Origin: Geosiphon pyriformis uo1 | Lineage: Eukaryota > Fungi > Glomeromycota | Length of the DNA: 64,000 nt | Direction of reading: 5' to 3' | NCBI GenBank assembly: GCA_016748015.1 | Contig: JAAOMT010000303.1 | Coordinates: 248,001 to 312,000 of the forward strand | Shown here: in pieces, positions 1 through 12,300 of the stretch | Layout of the letters: each line of letters opens with the position of its first letter | How positions within the stretch are numbered: position 1 is the first letter of the stretch | The notes under the pieces: generated by a model | Database searches by the model: none | What the model was told of the DNA's origin: nothing | The model's input: the letters and a program-made list of their open reading frames with translations, nothing else | Made by a program: the position numbers and the translations under genes

Positions 1-119
1 TACTCATGAAGAATATAGAAGGCATTTTGAATGTTTTGATCCAAAAAATAATTGTTCATGTTAATTAAAAATACCTCTGTTTTGGGAATGGTGCATTTAT
101 TTATACTTGATTTTTGCTG

Positions 120-1414
120 ATTATTTGAATTAGTATTACCAAAATAGGCAGCCAATCAGGTCATTTATGATATTTTTTAAGTCGTGTACTGTGAACAGGA
201 CAATTATTGAAGATTGTTCCAGATTGATCTTGAAGAATATAAGAATCATTGTTTAAAACTTTGTTGACTATAAAGGGTTCTTTCTATTAGCTAAAGAATT
301 TATTACCATAAATATTGTCTTTATCTGAATGGTATTTCAATACCAAGTCACCAACACTTAAAGAAAATATTTTATAGGTTTTCTTTTTCTTAAACTTTTT
401 TTGGAACTGTTTTATCTTTTCAAAAGCAATTATTCGTGCTTCTACCAAGGAGTCAAGAATGATACCAAGTCTTTTTTGTAAAATGTCTTTGTAATTTCCT
501 ATTGTGATCTCTTTAAAGAGTATTGTTTCAATATCAGTTTCTATTGGTAGTGTTGCCATGTGTTTATAGAGCAGATAAAAAGATTCATAACTTGTTATGT
601 CATGATTTACAGTTCTATAAGCAAACAAAGCTGAAGACAGTACTTTGTCCCATAAGTTTGTTTCTTTACTGGTTTTGGCTAGGGTTTTACATAATGTTCT
701 ATTAAAATGTTCTACTAGGCCATTTGTTTGGAGGTAATAAGAGAAAGAAAGTTTATGACGTATTCTCATTTTTCTACAAAGTTCTTCAACCAGTGTACTG
801 AGAAAAGCTCTTTTTCTATCAGATAAAAGTTCTTTGAAACAGCCATAACAGTAAATAATATCTTCATAAATGAAATTGGTTATTAAGACTGCTGTTTGGT
901 CTGGGGTGGCTCTTGCTTCTACTCACTTTGTAAGATAGTTGGTAGTTGTAATAATATATCTGTTGCTATCAAGAGTGATTGTTAAAGATCCAACAACATC
1001 TATACCAATTCTGTCAAAGAGTTGACCAACAGAGATTGGTTGGATGTTTTCTTTGTGATTGGGTTTGCCTCTTCTTTGGCAGATGTTATAGGTTTTAATG
1101 TATTCAGCAATGTCTTTTCTTAAGATAGGCCAATAATAACAAACTAAAGTTTTCTGAATTGTTTTTGTTTTTCTAAAGTGTTCAGCTAATGGGTCAGTGT
1201 GCATGTTATATATTACAATTTCTTTTTCTTCAAATCTGATGACTCTTTGGAAGCAGTCAAAATCTTTTCTGTTTCTTTTATATAATTGGTTCTAGTGGAT
1301 CAAATAGAAATTTGATTGTTTGTGTAAATGTTTTCTTTGCTGTCAAGTGTATTCTGATGGGTGTTGTCCTTTACCCAAAAATTCTATTAAAGCAGAGTAA
1401 TTGTCCAAGTCCAT
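120..1414 (-). pseudogene. Integrase ORF of family A element, with own ATG at 1414 (MDLDNYSAL...)
   Basis: HHCC remnant, DDE core (IGIDVVG; QTNGLVEHFNRTL), many premature stops. The 3' end is approximate. Confidence 0.85.
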
Positions 1415-1480
1415 TATTGTGTTTGTTTTTATAAAGGAATTACTAATAATTAAGTTGGTTTGGTTTGAGAGGTTGTACTG

Positions 1481-4400
1481 TCACTGAATAGTAAGTCTAA
1501 ATAAAATGTTAGTGTTTTGATAATTTGCTCCTTTGTGGTGTTGAATATTATAGTCAAATTCATCTAAGTGGAGTATTCAGCGAGTTATTTATTTGTGTTT
1601 CAGCTTCTTTTTCTTGCACAGCCAAACCAAGGCTTGATGATCTGTTACCACTAAGAATTTTGTACCAAGAAGATATTGATTCCAGTAGTTAGTAGCCCAA
1701 ACTACTGCTACGCATTTCTGTTCTGTAACTGAATAGTTTTTTTTTGCTGGTGTGAAGAATTTACTGGCATATGCTATGGCATGTTCTCTGCCATTTTCAT
1801 TTTTCTGTGAAAGGACAGCACCAAGTCCATAGCCAGATGTATCAGTGTGGAGAATAAAAGATTGGTCCAGATCAGGTTGTTTGAGAATTGGTTCAGTAAC
1901 AAGTTTTTTCTTCAGAAATTCAAAAGCTTTTTGTTGATGAGTGCCTTAGTGATAATTGACATTTTTTCTGAGTAGCTGATTAAGAAGAAAGGCGATTTTG
2001 GAGAAATTCTTGATAAATTTGTGATAGTAAGAGACCAAACCAAAAAAAGAGCATAGTTCAAGAACATTTATTGGTTGTTTAATGTTTTGAACTTTTTCAA
2101 CTTTAGCTGGATCAGGGAAGATTCCATCTTTTGTAATAAGATGACCAAGAAACTGAGTGGATTGGTGTTCAAAGAAAGATTTGATTGGGTTGATCTTAAG
2201 GCCAGCATTTTAGAGCAGGTCAAAAACCTTTTGTAAATGTTCAAGGTGTTTATTCCAGGTTTTTGAATAGATCATTATGTCATCCAAGTAAACCAGAACA
2301 AAGTTTTTTTTTACTGATTCAAACACTTTATTCATTAGGCATTGAAAGATAAGAGGAGCATTGGTAAGACCAAAAAACATAACTGTGAATTCATAAGTGT
2401 CATACTTGGTGATAAAGGCAGTTTTTTTTTTGCTTTCTGAATTCATCTTTACTTGTCAAAATTCAGCAGTTAAGTCAATGGTTGAGAAAAAAGCAGCACC
2501 ATTGAATTTATCTAGCATTGCATTAATTTTGGGAAGTAGGTATATGTCTCTTATAGTGATGGCATTTAGTTGGCAGTAGTCAACACAAAAGCATAGAGTT
2601 CCACTTTTCTTGAATACCACTACAACTGGAAAAGCCCATTCACTTTTGGTTTCTTGTATGAATTCAAGATCTTTTATCCAGTTTATCTCTTTCTTGATAA
2701 ATTCATCATTGTGTTGATTGGATTGATAAGGCTTCAAATGGATGGAGTGAGTTTCTTTGGTGATAATAATGTGTTGTATTACATGGGTTCATCCAGAGGT
2801 GTCACCTTCTTTTGAGATAACTGGGCTATTTCTAGCCAACAGATTTTCAATATCTATTTTTCTTTCTTCAGAGAAAGGTTCTTTTTGTTTTACAACTAGT
2901 GATTGGATTTTAGGTAGTTCATTTTCAAAGAACTTTTGTACTTCTTTAAGTTCTTCTCGAGGTATCAAGCTAATTGGTTTCCAATTTTTGTAATAGATTA
3001 GACAGAATTTGTATTCATCATTTGGTAAATACAAAGGTTTATTAGCACTGTGCACAAGAGCCATACCACCAATAACTGTATTTTGCTTTCTTGCTAGGTT
3101 TTCTGTCAAAGGTTCTTTTAAGGATATTATAGTAGGACCAGCAGATCAGCTTGTTATTTACCATGATTCCTTTTTTGTCAGCTTTAACATTGTCCAGTGG
3201 CTTGCCATTGCTGGTGAAGATGATATAAGCAAGTTTAGCAGTTTCTTCTGGTTCTTCTTAATCTTCTTCATCATCACTCTTATTATTATCTAATTCATCT
3301 GATTGTTCTTCTTCTTGGTTTTGCTTGAGTACTGGAGGAGTTGTCCAATGTTGGCATTTAACCACAATGGGTCTCTCATCACATCTGATGGTTAGCTCAC
3401 AAAGTTCATAGTTAAGTAGTGCTTTGGCTTTCTTAAGCCATTTATTACCAACAATGATGGTATACTCTTTTGCTTCAGATACTTCCATATCTGTTTCAAT
3501 GCTGATATCATTAATGTGAACAGGAATAGCTTTGGCTATGCCTAGGCCTTTCTTCTTGTCACTATGTATATTAGTCATTGGTCTTGTGGAAGGCTCATCA
3601 ATTTTTCTGCCAATTGCTTTAAAAAAATGTTTGGCAATTACACTAACAGATGATCCACTGTTTAGGATCAGATTAATAAAGTAACCAGGCACTTGGGCTT
3701 TACAAATCAGAAGGGTGAAATTGCTGTTATCAGCAAGTTCAGCTTGGTGAGAGTGTTTGTTGGTTTTTGGTGTCTTCTTTTTTGGTATCAATGATTTGCA
3801 AAGATCTTTTCTGAACTGTGGATGGGCCATTAGTTGGCCAAATGTAATGTGTACTGGGGTTTCCATGAGATTTTTAACAACAGAATAGGATCCAGATTTT
3901 TGTACAATTTTTGAGAGTTCCAACTTTGGAGGATTTTTAAAAACCTTAGTCTTTGGTGGCTCATTGTTATCAGCAGATAATTTGGATGCTTTGTTTGGGT
4001 CCAAGATGAAATTAACCTTGGCTTTCTTCTTTTTTTTGGTTGATTCAGAGGTGTTGATTGCTAGTTCATCCATATCATAATTATTATTAGTTAAGTTAAA
4101 AGCATAAAAAAAGTTTTCTTCTAATTGGCTTGCACTCTCACCCTTTGAAAGTACACTTATTAGTTTAAAGGCTGATAAACAGTGGCTTCAACTAGGGGAT
4201 CCTTTCCAAAGAAATTGATGTTGGCATGATTGGTTCTTTGGTTGGGAATATTATTGTTAATAGTTCTGTTGTTTTGATTGTTATTGTTTCTAAAAGCTGG
4301 AGAGAGCAATGGAAGATTGTTGCAGTCTCTTAAGAAGTGTTCAGTTAGTCCACAATGATAGCACACAGATGGGCCACAATTTTGCTGTTTTTGATATAGT

Positions 4401-5758
4401 GGTTGTTGAGGCTGATTGAAACGGGTTTCAAATTTGGATTTTTGGAGTTGTTGATTCTCTCTAACTGTTTGGGCCAATGGTTCTAATAGCCAGGCAAAAT
4501 TAGCTGTAAATCTATCTATTAACTGTTCATTTGGGTTTTGAGTTTGGGCAGCAAAAGAGATAGCAGCTATTTGGGGAGCAGGAGCCATAACAAGAGCAAG
4601 AGCAAAAACTAGAAGTGTAGATCCTAAGTGTATTCTTTGATTATCTTCTATTTTCTGAGCAAGTTCAATGGCCATATCTATTATGGGATTATCTTTCAAG
4701 GCCAGAAAGGGCCAAAGAGCATATGATAGATCACTTTTCAGTCCTTTTATAAAGGAATGTATTTTCTGCTTTTCTGTCCAATTTCTTCCAGAGTCTACCT
4801 ATTTAATGAGTTTTCTTATTGCTTTGGTATATTCTGTCACAACCTCATCAGGGCCTTGAGTTCTTTTTTCTAATTCCATACACCATTTTGAAATTAAGAT
4901 GGGAATTCTAAATTTAGTTTTAAACTGGCTAGTGAAAGAGGTGTTGTCTTCTCCAGCATTTGCCAGTGTCCATCTAATAATTTTTTGCTGAGCATTGGCA
5001 TTGGTTTCTTGTAAGAACCAAGTAGCAGGAGAGCCTTAGAGGTAGCCACCAACGATTTGGAACTTGTATTTATTATCATATTGGTTTGCTATGGCAGCTC
5101 TTTCAAAATCATCCAACCATTCAATTGAATCTTGGGCATCATCTTTGAATAATAATAATGAGGTGTTGTTTCTTCATCCTAAAGCAGTCTGTATACTTTG
5201 GAGGGCAATCAGAATGTTTTGTTGCAGAGGGTCTTGAGCCATTGGTTCAGGTGTAACTGTTTGTGTGGAGTGTTCTGATTCACTTGAAAAGAGATCAAAA
5301 ACAGAAGTGGTTTAATAGTTTTTTTCTTCTGTTTCAAGAGGAGTTTCTGTTGATTGATAAGCAGCAATTTAAATGTGAATTTAATGATTCAGATATTCGA
5401 AATCAGGAGGCTGTTGTTCAAAGGTTGTAGAATATAAGAGCTGATTAATACTGTTGTTTCTTTTTTCAAAGTCATCTTCAAAATAAGCTTGGTCAAAATA
5501 ATAAGTTGTATAAGTTGTATAGGTTTCAGCTGAATACTCATTCAGGAACCAGTTCCAAAAGTCTTGGAATTGTCTGCTGAATTTTTCTTCAATGAGAAAG
5601 CAAATCAAGCAGAAGGGCAAAAGATTAAGTTCAATAAAGTCTAGATTGTTTTTGTTGTATGTTTTTAAGTGTTTTTTTGATTGTTGTGACAGGTATGAAT
5701 AATCACCTATACAAATAGAAAACAAAGTGAATTTTGACAACCTCACAGGGAGCACCAC
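1481..5758 (-). pseudogene. gag-protease-RT-RNaseH of family A element (no dUTPase)
   Basis: ORF track fragments 5381-5758, 4160-4699, 3258-4073, 2456-2737 and 2210-2446. RNase H ends NILFRLTIQ* at TGA 1483-1481. Confidence 0.9.
5739..5757 (-). promoter_or_regulatory. tRNA primer-binding site (TGGTGCTCCCTGTGAGGTT)
   Basis: The plus strand reads AACCTCACAGGGAGCACCA, a tRNA 3' end with CCA, 6 nt from the LTR end. Confidence 0.9.
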
Positions 5759-5763
5759 TTTTA

Positions 5764-6396
5764 TGTTACAGGTTGGAGTAACAAGCTAATAGATAGCAAG
5801 GGAGAATAGGATTGTAGGATGATGGAAATAATCAAAGGGAATTTAACTTCAAAGAGTGAATTGAATAAGTATGAATTCAATATGCGAAATTAGTCTCATA
5901 AAATATCTCAGTTGCTATACTTTTCAAAGATAACCAGGGAATCTGAAGGTAGAGAAATAGTCTGTACTGTCAACAATTAATCATGCCTGGTATAATTCTA
6001 TGCCTCACATCAGCACTCTTAAAATTCAATATTAGGTATCAAATGTACTCTTTAGTCACGTTTTATTCAATAATCTTCAAATGCTACAATTATATGTTTC
6101 AGGAAAAGGGTAAAGAATAACCAACAAGTAATCTTTTATCTTTAAGATGTTCAGATACTTGAAAGTAGGGAAAGGGAAATTAGTAATAAGAAAAGAATTG
6201 AGATGAAGTTGTTATTTTATTTTTTTATTTCTTTTTGATTCTTACATGCTTTTCTACAGCTAAGAGATTCATTGCTTATATAGCTGTCAATGATTAGGTC
6301 AATGATCATTTACTAAAAATAGAGTGGCTAATTTATATGACATCAATAGTTAATATATGTGATAATTAATAAAAAGTATAAGTTTCAACCATAACA
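5764..6396 (-). repeat. 5' LTR of family A element
   Basis: TGTTA...TAACA termini; homologous to 43693-44367 and 62435-63183. Confidence 0.9.
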
Positions 6397-8452
6397 ATAC
6401 TTTAATATTAAGTTTTAATCAAAAACAATTGGCTTTTTAAAGCCAATATAAACTTAGATTAAAAAACCCAAGAATTAAAAATTTTATACCAAGAATAAAA
6501 TACTAAAGTATTTGTTATTTATAGTATCTTTAACAAATAATTTAGTTTTAAATTCAAAGATAAAAAAAAATTAATTACCAAAACTTACATAATACTTAAT
6601 TTTTGGTTAAATTAAGCTAAAAAAACACAACAGTTATTTGAAATATCTATACTTTAATTAACATTATTATGGCTTAAAAATACTAATTAACAGTTAATAT
6701 TAATAAATAAATAAACTAATAATTAATATATTTCTTATTCAAAATCATAACTACAAAAACAACCAGCCTATATTTTACTTAAATATAAGAATTATAATAA
6801 AAAGCTTTTATCTATAAAAACTTATATATTATCAAAAAAAAATAGAAAAATTGTATTTGCTATTATTGTAAAACTTATTACAAAGAACAATTTGGCAGTC
6901 TTAAATATAGCAAAAAATAAAATAAAATATCTTATTTTATATATAAAAAATTGTTATTAGAAAAATACAATTGAATTGATATTACAATAATAAAAAAAGT
7001 TTGCAATTAAATCTGTCAATATGTTTTCTTTATTTCTAAGAAAATAAAACAAGAAATACTATTTACAACAATCTATTATAATGTTTTTAATAAATTCTAT
7101 TATTATCTATACAATGCTAAAATAATTTATAAACTTAAAATAGTCTTGATCAACAAAGAAACCCAAACAAATACTTACCAAATAAAAAAACAGAATATAT
7201 TAAATACATTATAAAATTAGCAGAATTCAATTATAAAAATAAAGTAAAATTCTACTACTTAACTTTTAGTTATGTTTATTTTTTCAAAAAAACCCAAATT
7301 TAACAATTGGAACAAATAAACATTTAACTGTATAAAAAATACATTATATTTTGTGATAATATATAGTGTCTTAAATTTTATGTTTTCAATATATTATTAC
7401 TTACTAAAAATAACCAAAAAAAATTAAATTTAAAACACAAAAAATGCAATCAAAAATCTTAATAATTTCAATTTATCTTGTTAAAAACTAAACTGTTTTA
7501 TAATTCAAATACTTTAACAACAATAGACAAAAAATCAAGCCAGAAAAAGTCCATAAAATTAATACAAAATACAATTTTTAATATTTAGAAAAAAATATTC
7601 TTATTTTAAAACTAAAATTACTTACAAAAATCAACCTCAAAATTGCTCTTAAAATTTTATTAAAAGCAATAATACAAATTGTTTTTCACTTATTATTAGC
7701 AAGCAAAAAAATTAATGTTAGAAAAAAAATAATTAATGTAAAATATACTAAAGATATTATAATAATGTTTCAAAATAAAACCAAAAAACTTTTCAAAATT
7801 GAACATATTAAAAAAATTATTCAAGCTATTTATTTACTTTTAATCAACAATTCGAGTCTATAATTAATTAAAAATAGAAATGAATTAGGCAAAAGTAAAA
7901 AAAAATTCAAAATTTGAATCAATTAAACAATTTACAGTTCTAATAAATATAATTTTTAATATACAAAATAAATTTTACTAAATTCTTAGATTACCAAGAA
8001 CAATTACTATTCTATTTTTTGAATAAGTTTGTAAAGCATACATTTATTTAATACTTATTATTATTCAACAAATTTTGAATTTAATAAAAAAATTTGCAAA
8101 AAATATGGAATTTAATTTCAAATATTTATTTGTCTAAAAAAATCAAGGAATTTAACATTACATTTTACAACTCCAATAATTATTTTATTATATTAAATAA
8201 CCATTTTAAATCAAAATTATTTACAATAATATCTTTTAACAAGAATTATTACAGAAAGTTTCAAATTTACAGAAATAATTAAATATTTTTTTCCAAAATT
8301 TAACTCAATTTTTATTACCAAAAACTATTATATTATTATTAAAAAATTATTTCAAATTAATATACAGACATATTAACAAAAAATAACAATAATCTTGAAA
8401 AACTAATTTGGTTTAATACTAAATTTATACAAAAAATATCAAACCAAAATGC
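6397..8452 (+). mobile_element. Left part of an older, heavily eroded Gypsy element (end of PR, Cys-rich region, dUTPase, start of RT)
   Basis: Translates to relics such as NNWL..ANINLD (PR) and KINLKIALKILLKAIIQI...KIIQAIYL (dUTPase, ~7540-7930). The frame YTKNIKPKC|QQTYQ continues at 18672 once the inserted element is removed. Confidence 0.8.
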
Positions 8453-9312
8453 TGTTATTCATAGAAAAATGGGTATAAGAAAAGTAGTAGAAAAAACTAT
8501 ATAAGAAAATAGACCAATAGAAGATTAGTATTTAACATGTAAACACATTGCTTAGCAATATGGAACAATGTCAGAAATCATGCCATATTGCTTAGCAATA
8601 TGGAGCAAGATGAAGCAATGTTGAAAATTAGGACACATTGCTTAGCAATGTGAAACATTGTCAGAAAACACAGCACATTGCTCAAAAAATTATAGCACAT
8701 CACTCAGAAATGTAAGCAATCTTATAGAACCCAAATTATATATATATAGTGATAATATTAGAAGCAGAAAAGACAGACTTCTGAAGTTTAAATTTGATCT
8801 AAGCAATCTTCTAACATAACAATTATCTAATAAATCATTATTTTCTATCTCAATTTATGCTCCACTATCAACATCTTATGTTAATAGTAATTGATACTTA
8901 ACCACACTGAAATAATAGCTCTTGATCACAGCTATTGACAGGATACTAATTTGTCTATTACCTTGGTTTATTTTTTTATTTTATTTTATTTTCTTGATTT
9001 TTATTACTAATTCTATTGAGAATTAATATGCAGGGTACTAACGTCAGGATATAGCACTGGTAAAAGACCCAAGAATAAGGGTAGGACACTTGATTGAGAA
9101 TAGCTTACTAGGAGGAATACCAGCCATCAAGCTGAGAAAAAAATTGACAAAACTGCGGTTTCGAGAAGCTATGGATAAAACTATTACAACTGAATCTCTG
9201 TCCATTATACAAAAGACTCAACCAAAACCTTCAGATTTCTATCATTGACAACTTTGAGCACCAAGTTATGGGTTTGTTATTTCTTTACACACCCAACAAA
9301 TCACCTGTAACA
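8453..9312 (+). repeat. 5' LTR (family B)
   Basis: TGTTA...TAACA; aligns with 17765-18667; contains CCAAT and TATA-like TATATATAG. Confidence 0.95.
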
Positions 9313-9314
9313 TT

Positions 9315-9331
9315 TGGTGCTTTCTGTAAAG
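9315..9331 (+). promoter_or_regulatory. Primer-binding site (mutated TGGTGCTCCCTGTGAGG)
   Basis: TGGTGCTTTCTGTAAAG, 2 nt after the LTR. Confidence 0.85.
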
Positions 9332-12300
9332 TATAATTTTACAAAGAACCAGTACCAACAACCATCATCCAAAAGTGGCAGAATCAGAAATTATAGGAGC
9401 AAACCATTTAGAATTTGCCAAAGCCTTGTTTCAGCAGTACAGCCAACAATTAAGATTAAACAACAACCATTATCCAACAAAATCTGCTTTCAACTTCTAC
9501 ATCAATGATAAAATCACAGACTGCTTAGGAAGAACAGTTAACATTGAATCCACAAGAAAAAATTTCTATACAGAATTATTTCAACATACCAGCTTACTAA
9601 GAAATTACAGTTTTGCACCAATCATCAAGGAAATCAATCAAACTATTGAAAGATACACACAACAACAATTCCCAATCACCTATGCAGACAAAAGAAAGGG
9701 AAAACTACAAACCCCAACAGTGATACCAAAGGAGATCCAACCACTTATTTGGAAGAAACACAGAGTTGAATCATCTACAAACCCATTATATCATTATATT
9801 TCTGGAAGTGCCATCAATATTGCATTAGCAGATGCATCTACATCAAACATGACATCAACATTTGGATAATTTCTATTTCAAAGTAAACAAAGGAAAACAA
9901 AACTATTAGAATCATATGACAAATATTTTGAAGAATTTAAATTGCAATTGCCAATGCCATCAGGAATCTGATTACCACTACCTCCACCAGATTTCAGAAT
10001 AGCCAATTCATAGGAACCAACCGAATCAGAAAAAGAACAAGAAAAAGAAAAAAAAGAAGAAGAAGAAGAAGAATCTGAAGATCAAGAATTCACTTACCAG
10101 AACCTGATTACTAAAAACCCAGATATTAAAACTCTGGAATTTTAGGCTTAGCAAGATCAAAATCTAGAAAATCCAGGAATCAAAACTCCATCAAAACAGA
10201 ATGACTGAAACCCCAACTTAATTAATCAACAAAAATTACCTCTGAATATTGTTATCAATTAGCCACCAACTGAACCAATTATTGAACTGATTCAACAGCA
10301 GCAAATACTTCTTCAACAGCCACCACTATAGCCAATTATCTAGCAACCAGTTTAGCAGCCACAACAACAGCTTTAACCACCAGTACAACAACAATAATCA
10401 ATCACACTAATGGCTTTTGCACCAATTACAAAACTTGAAAAGTTTACCAGTGAAGAGGACAATGCCTAGGCATGAATCAATAACATTGCCAAAGCCATCA
10501 CCACAAATAATTGAGATGATACAAAAACAATACAAGTTATCCCATATTTTCTAAAAGATACCACTAATTCATAGTATTATAGCTTGGCCCAAAAACCTTA
10601 AAATTTTAATGCATTTAAAATAGAATTCCTAAGATATTTCAGTAATAATAACAACATTAACTGCCTGGCAAGTACTTTCACCACCATAAAACAAAGGGAC
10701 ATAGAAGCAGTCACCACTTACTTGGAATGCTTCTACAGAAATCTGTGCCAAATTCAAGCTATCCAAGCTGACTATTTTACAGCATCACAAATCTTAAATC
10801 AGTTCATCAGAGGCTTATATAGTAGCATCCTCTAACAAGTATGTCCAATGCATCTGGTAGACCTTCCTACTGCAGTCACTCATGCTAGAAATTTTGAAGC
10901 TGCTAAGTTAGAAGCCAACCACACCCAAGCTGTAAATTTAGTAATGAATAGATCATCTAACTTGAATTCCAATTAAAACAAATCAGTAATTCCATCAATC
11001 AAAAAATTGAGGGATACTTAGCTAATACTAATCAGCCCATTTATCAACCTCTACAATGATGCAATAATCAAGAAAACACCAATCATTTCCAAAATTAATC
11101 ATGTCTCTCCACATCCTCCAATTAGTCATGACAGCCAGAGATGCATGTCTGCCACAACTGTGGTAAACAAAATTACTTTAGAGCTGACTGCCAAGTTTCT
11201 AATAACCAATGATTAAGAAATCAATATCGAAGCCCCAATCGAAGATTTCAAACTCCAAACAATTACACCTATCAGGATCAATATCAATCCACTTACCTGC
11301 ACATATCAACTGCCAATATATCAACCAACTGTCTATCAACCACAACCAGCAACAATTTATCAGCCACAGCCCCAAGCAATTTATCAATCACAGCTGCAAA
11401 TAATTTATCAAACAGCCACAGTTTCAACACCACCACCAAACTCCACTCAGGTGATACCAAGAAACCCCAGATTCAGACTCACTTAAAACTAGAGATTGGT
11501 GATAATAGTCCACCAACCAATCTCCAGTTCATCAAACCCACAATTAGGATCTTGTTAACAAAATTTGGAAACTGGGTACACACCAAACCCGAATTCCCAA
11601 TACTATTTAAGTCTCTTGGTTACTTCAGAAAACACTGCCTCCTACAACCTGGAACCCAATAAAACCCAAAGGCTTACCAACAACATTCCACTAGCAACTA
11701 TCTCCAACAATGAATTATTAGCCGCAATTTTCCCATTTGAACTTGAAGAGCCATTAGTAACCCCTCTATTTAGTGGAGCTGCCCTTGAAGAGAAACCCAT
11801 CACTGCCATGTACACTAATGCCAAAGTTGATGGTCAGTCCATCAAACTAATCTTAGATAGTAGATCAGCTGGCAGCATTATCACAAGACAACTTATGGAC
11901 CAATTAGGTTGCCAGGTTAATCAAACTGCCAGCGCATGCATTATCACAGTTGATGGAGTGACCAAAACTCCAATTGATGAAATTGATAACTTTCCGATTG
12001 AGATCAATGGCATTACAATACTCATCAAAGTTTTTGTGATAGAAGCCACTTAGTACCAAGCTCTCGTTGGTAATAATTGGCTGTTCAAAACAAATGCCAT
12101 ACTTGATTAGACAATGCAGGAACTCCAATTGAGCCAGAATAGTCAACATACTCAGATACCAGCAGTATGTGGCTACTTTAAGCCAAACAATTCACAATTA
12201 CTAATCAAATTCAAGGAAGAAACAAAGAAACCTATCTGAGAAGCTTATTAAGTTTTCTGGGCCGATGCCGACCACAACAAACTACCACTAATACTCTTCT

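Larger units (their letters stand above)
1..6396 (-). mobile_element. Ty3/Gypsy LTR retrotransposon, family A (5' LTR, PBS, gag, PR, RT, RH, IN; 3' end outside window), degenerate
   Basis: Minus-strand ORF fragments show a zinc knuckle (CYHCGLTEHFLRDC), protease (LILNSGSSVS), RT (FGLTNAP, VYLDDI) and IN (MHTDPLAEHF, QTNGLVEHFNRTL), in PR-RT-RH-IN order. TG...CA LTR and PBS are present. Confidence 0.95.

Noticed and set aside
8544-8720. Regularly spaced palindromic repeats resembling a CRISPR array
   Set aside because: Spacers are themselves related 10-bp subunits, the array lies inside eukaryotic LTRs, and there are no cas genes.
9040-9115. Hammerhead or twister ribozyme in the LTR
   Set aside because: The CTGATGA/GAAA core and twister pseudoknot motifs are absent; kept only as an unassigned structured element.
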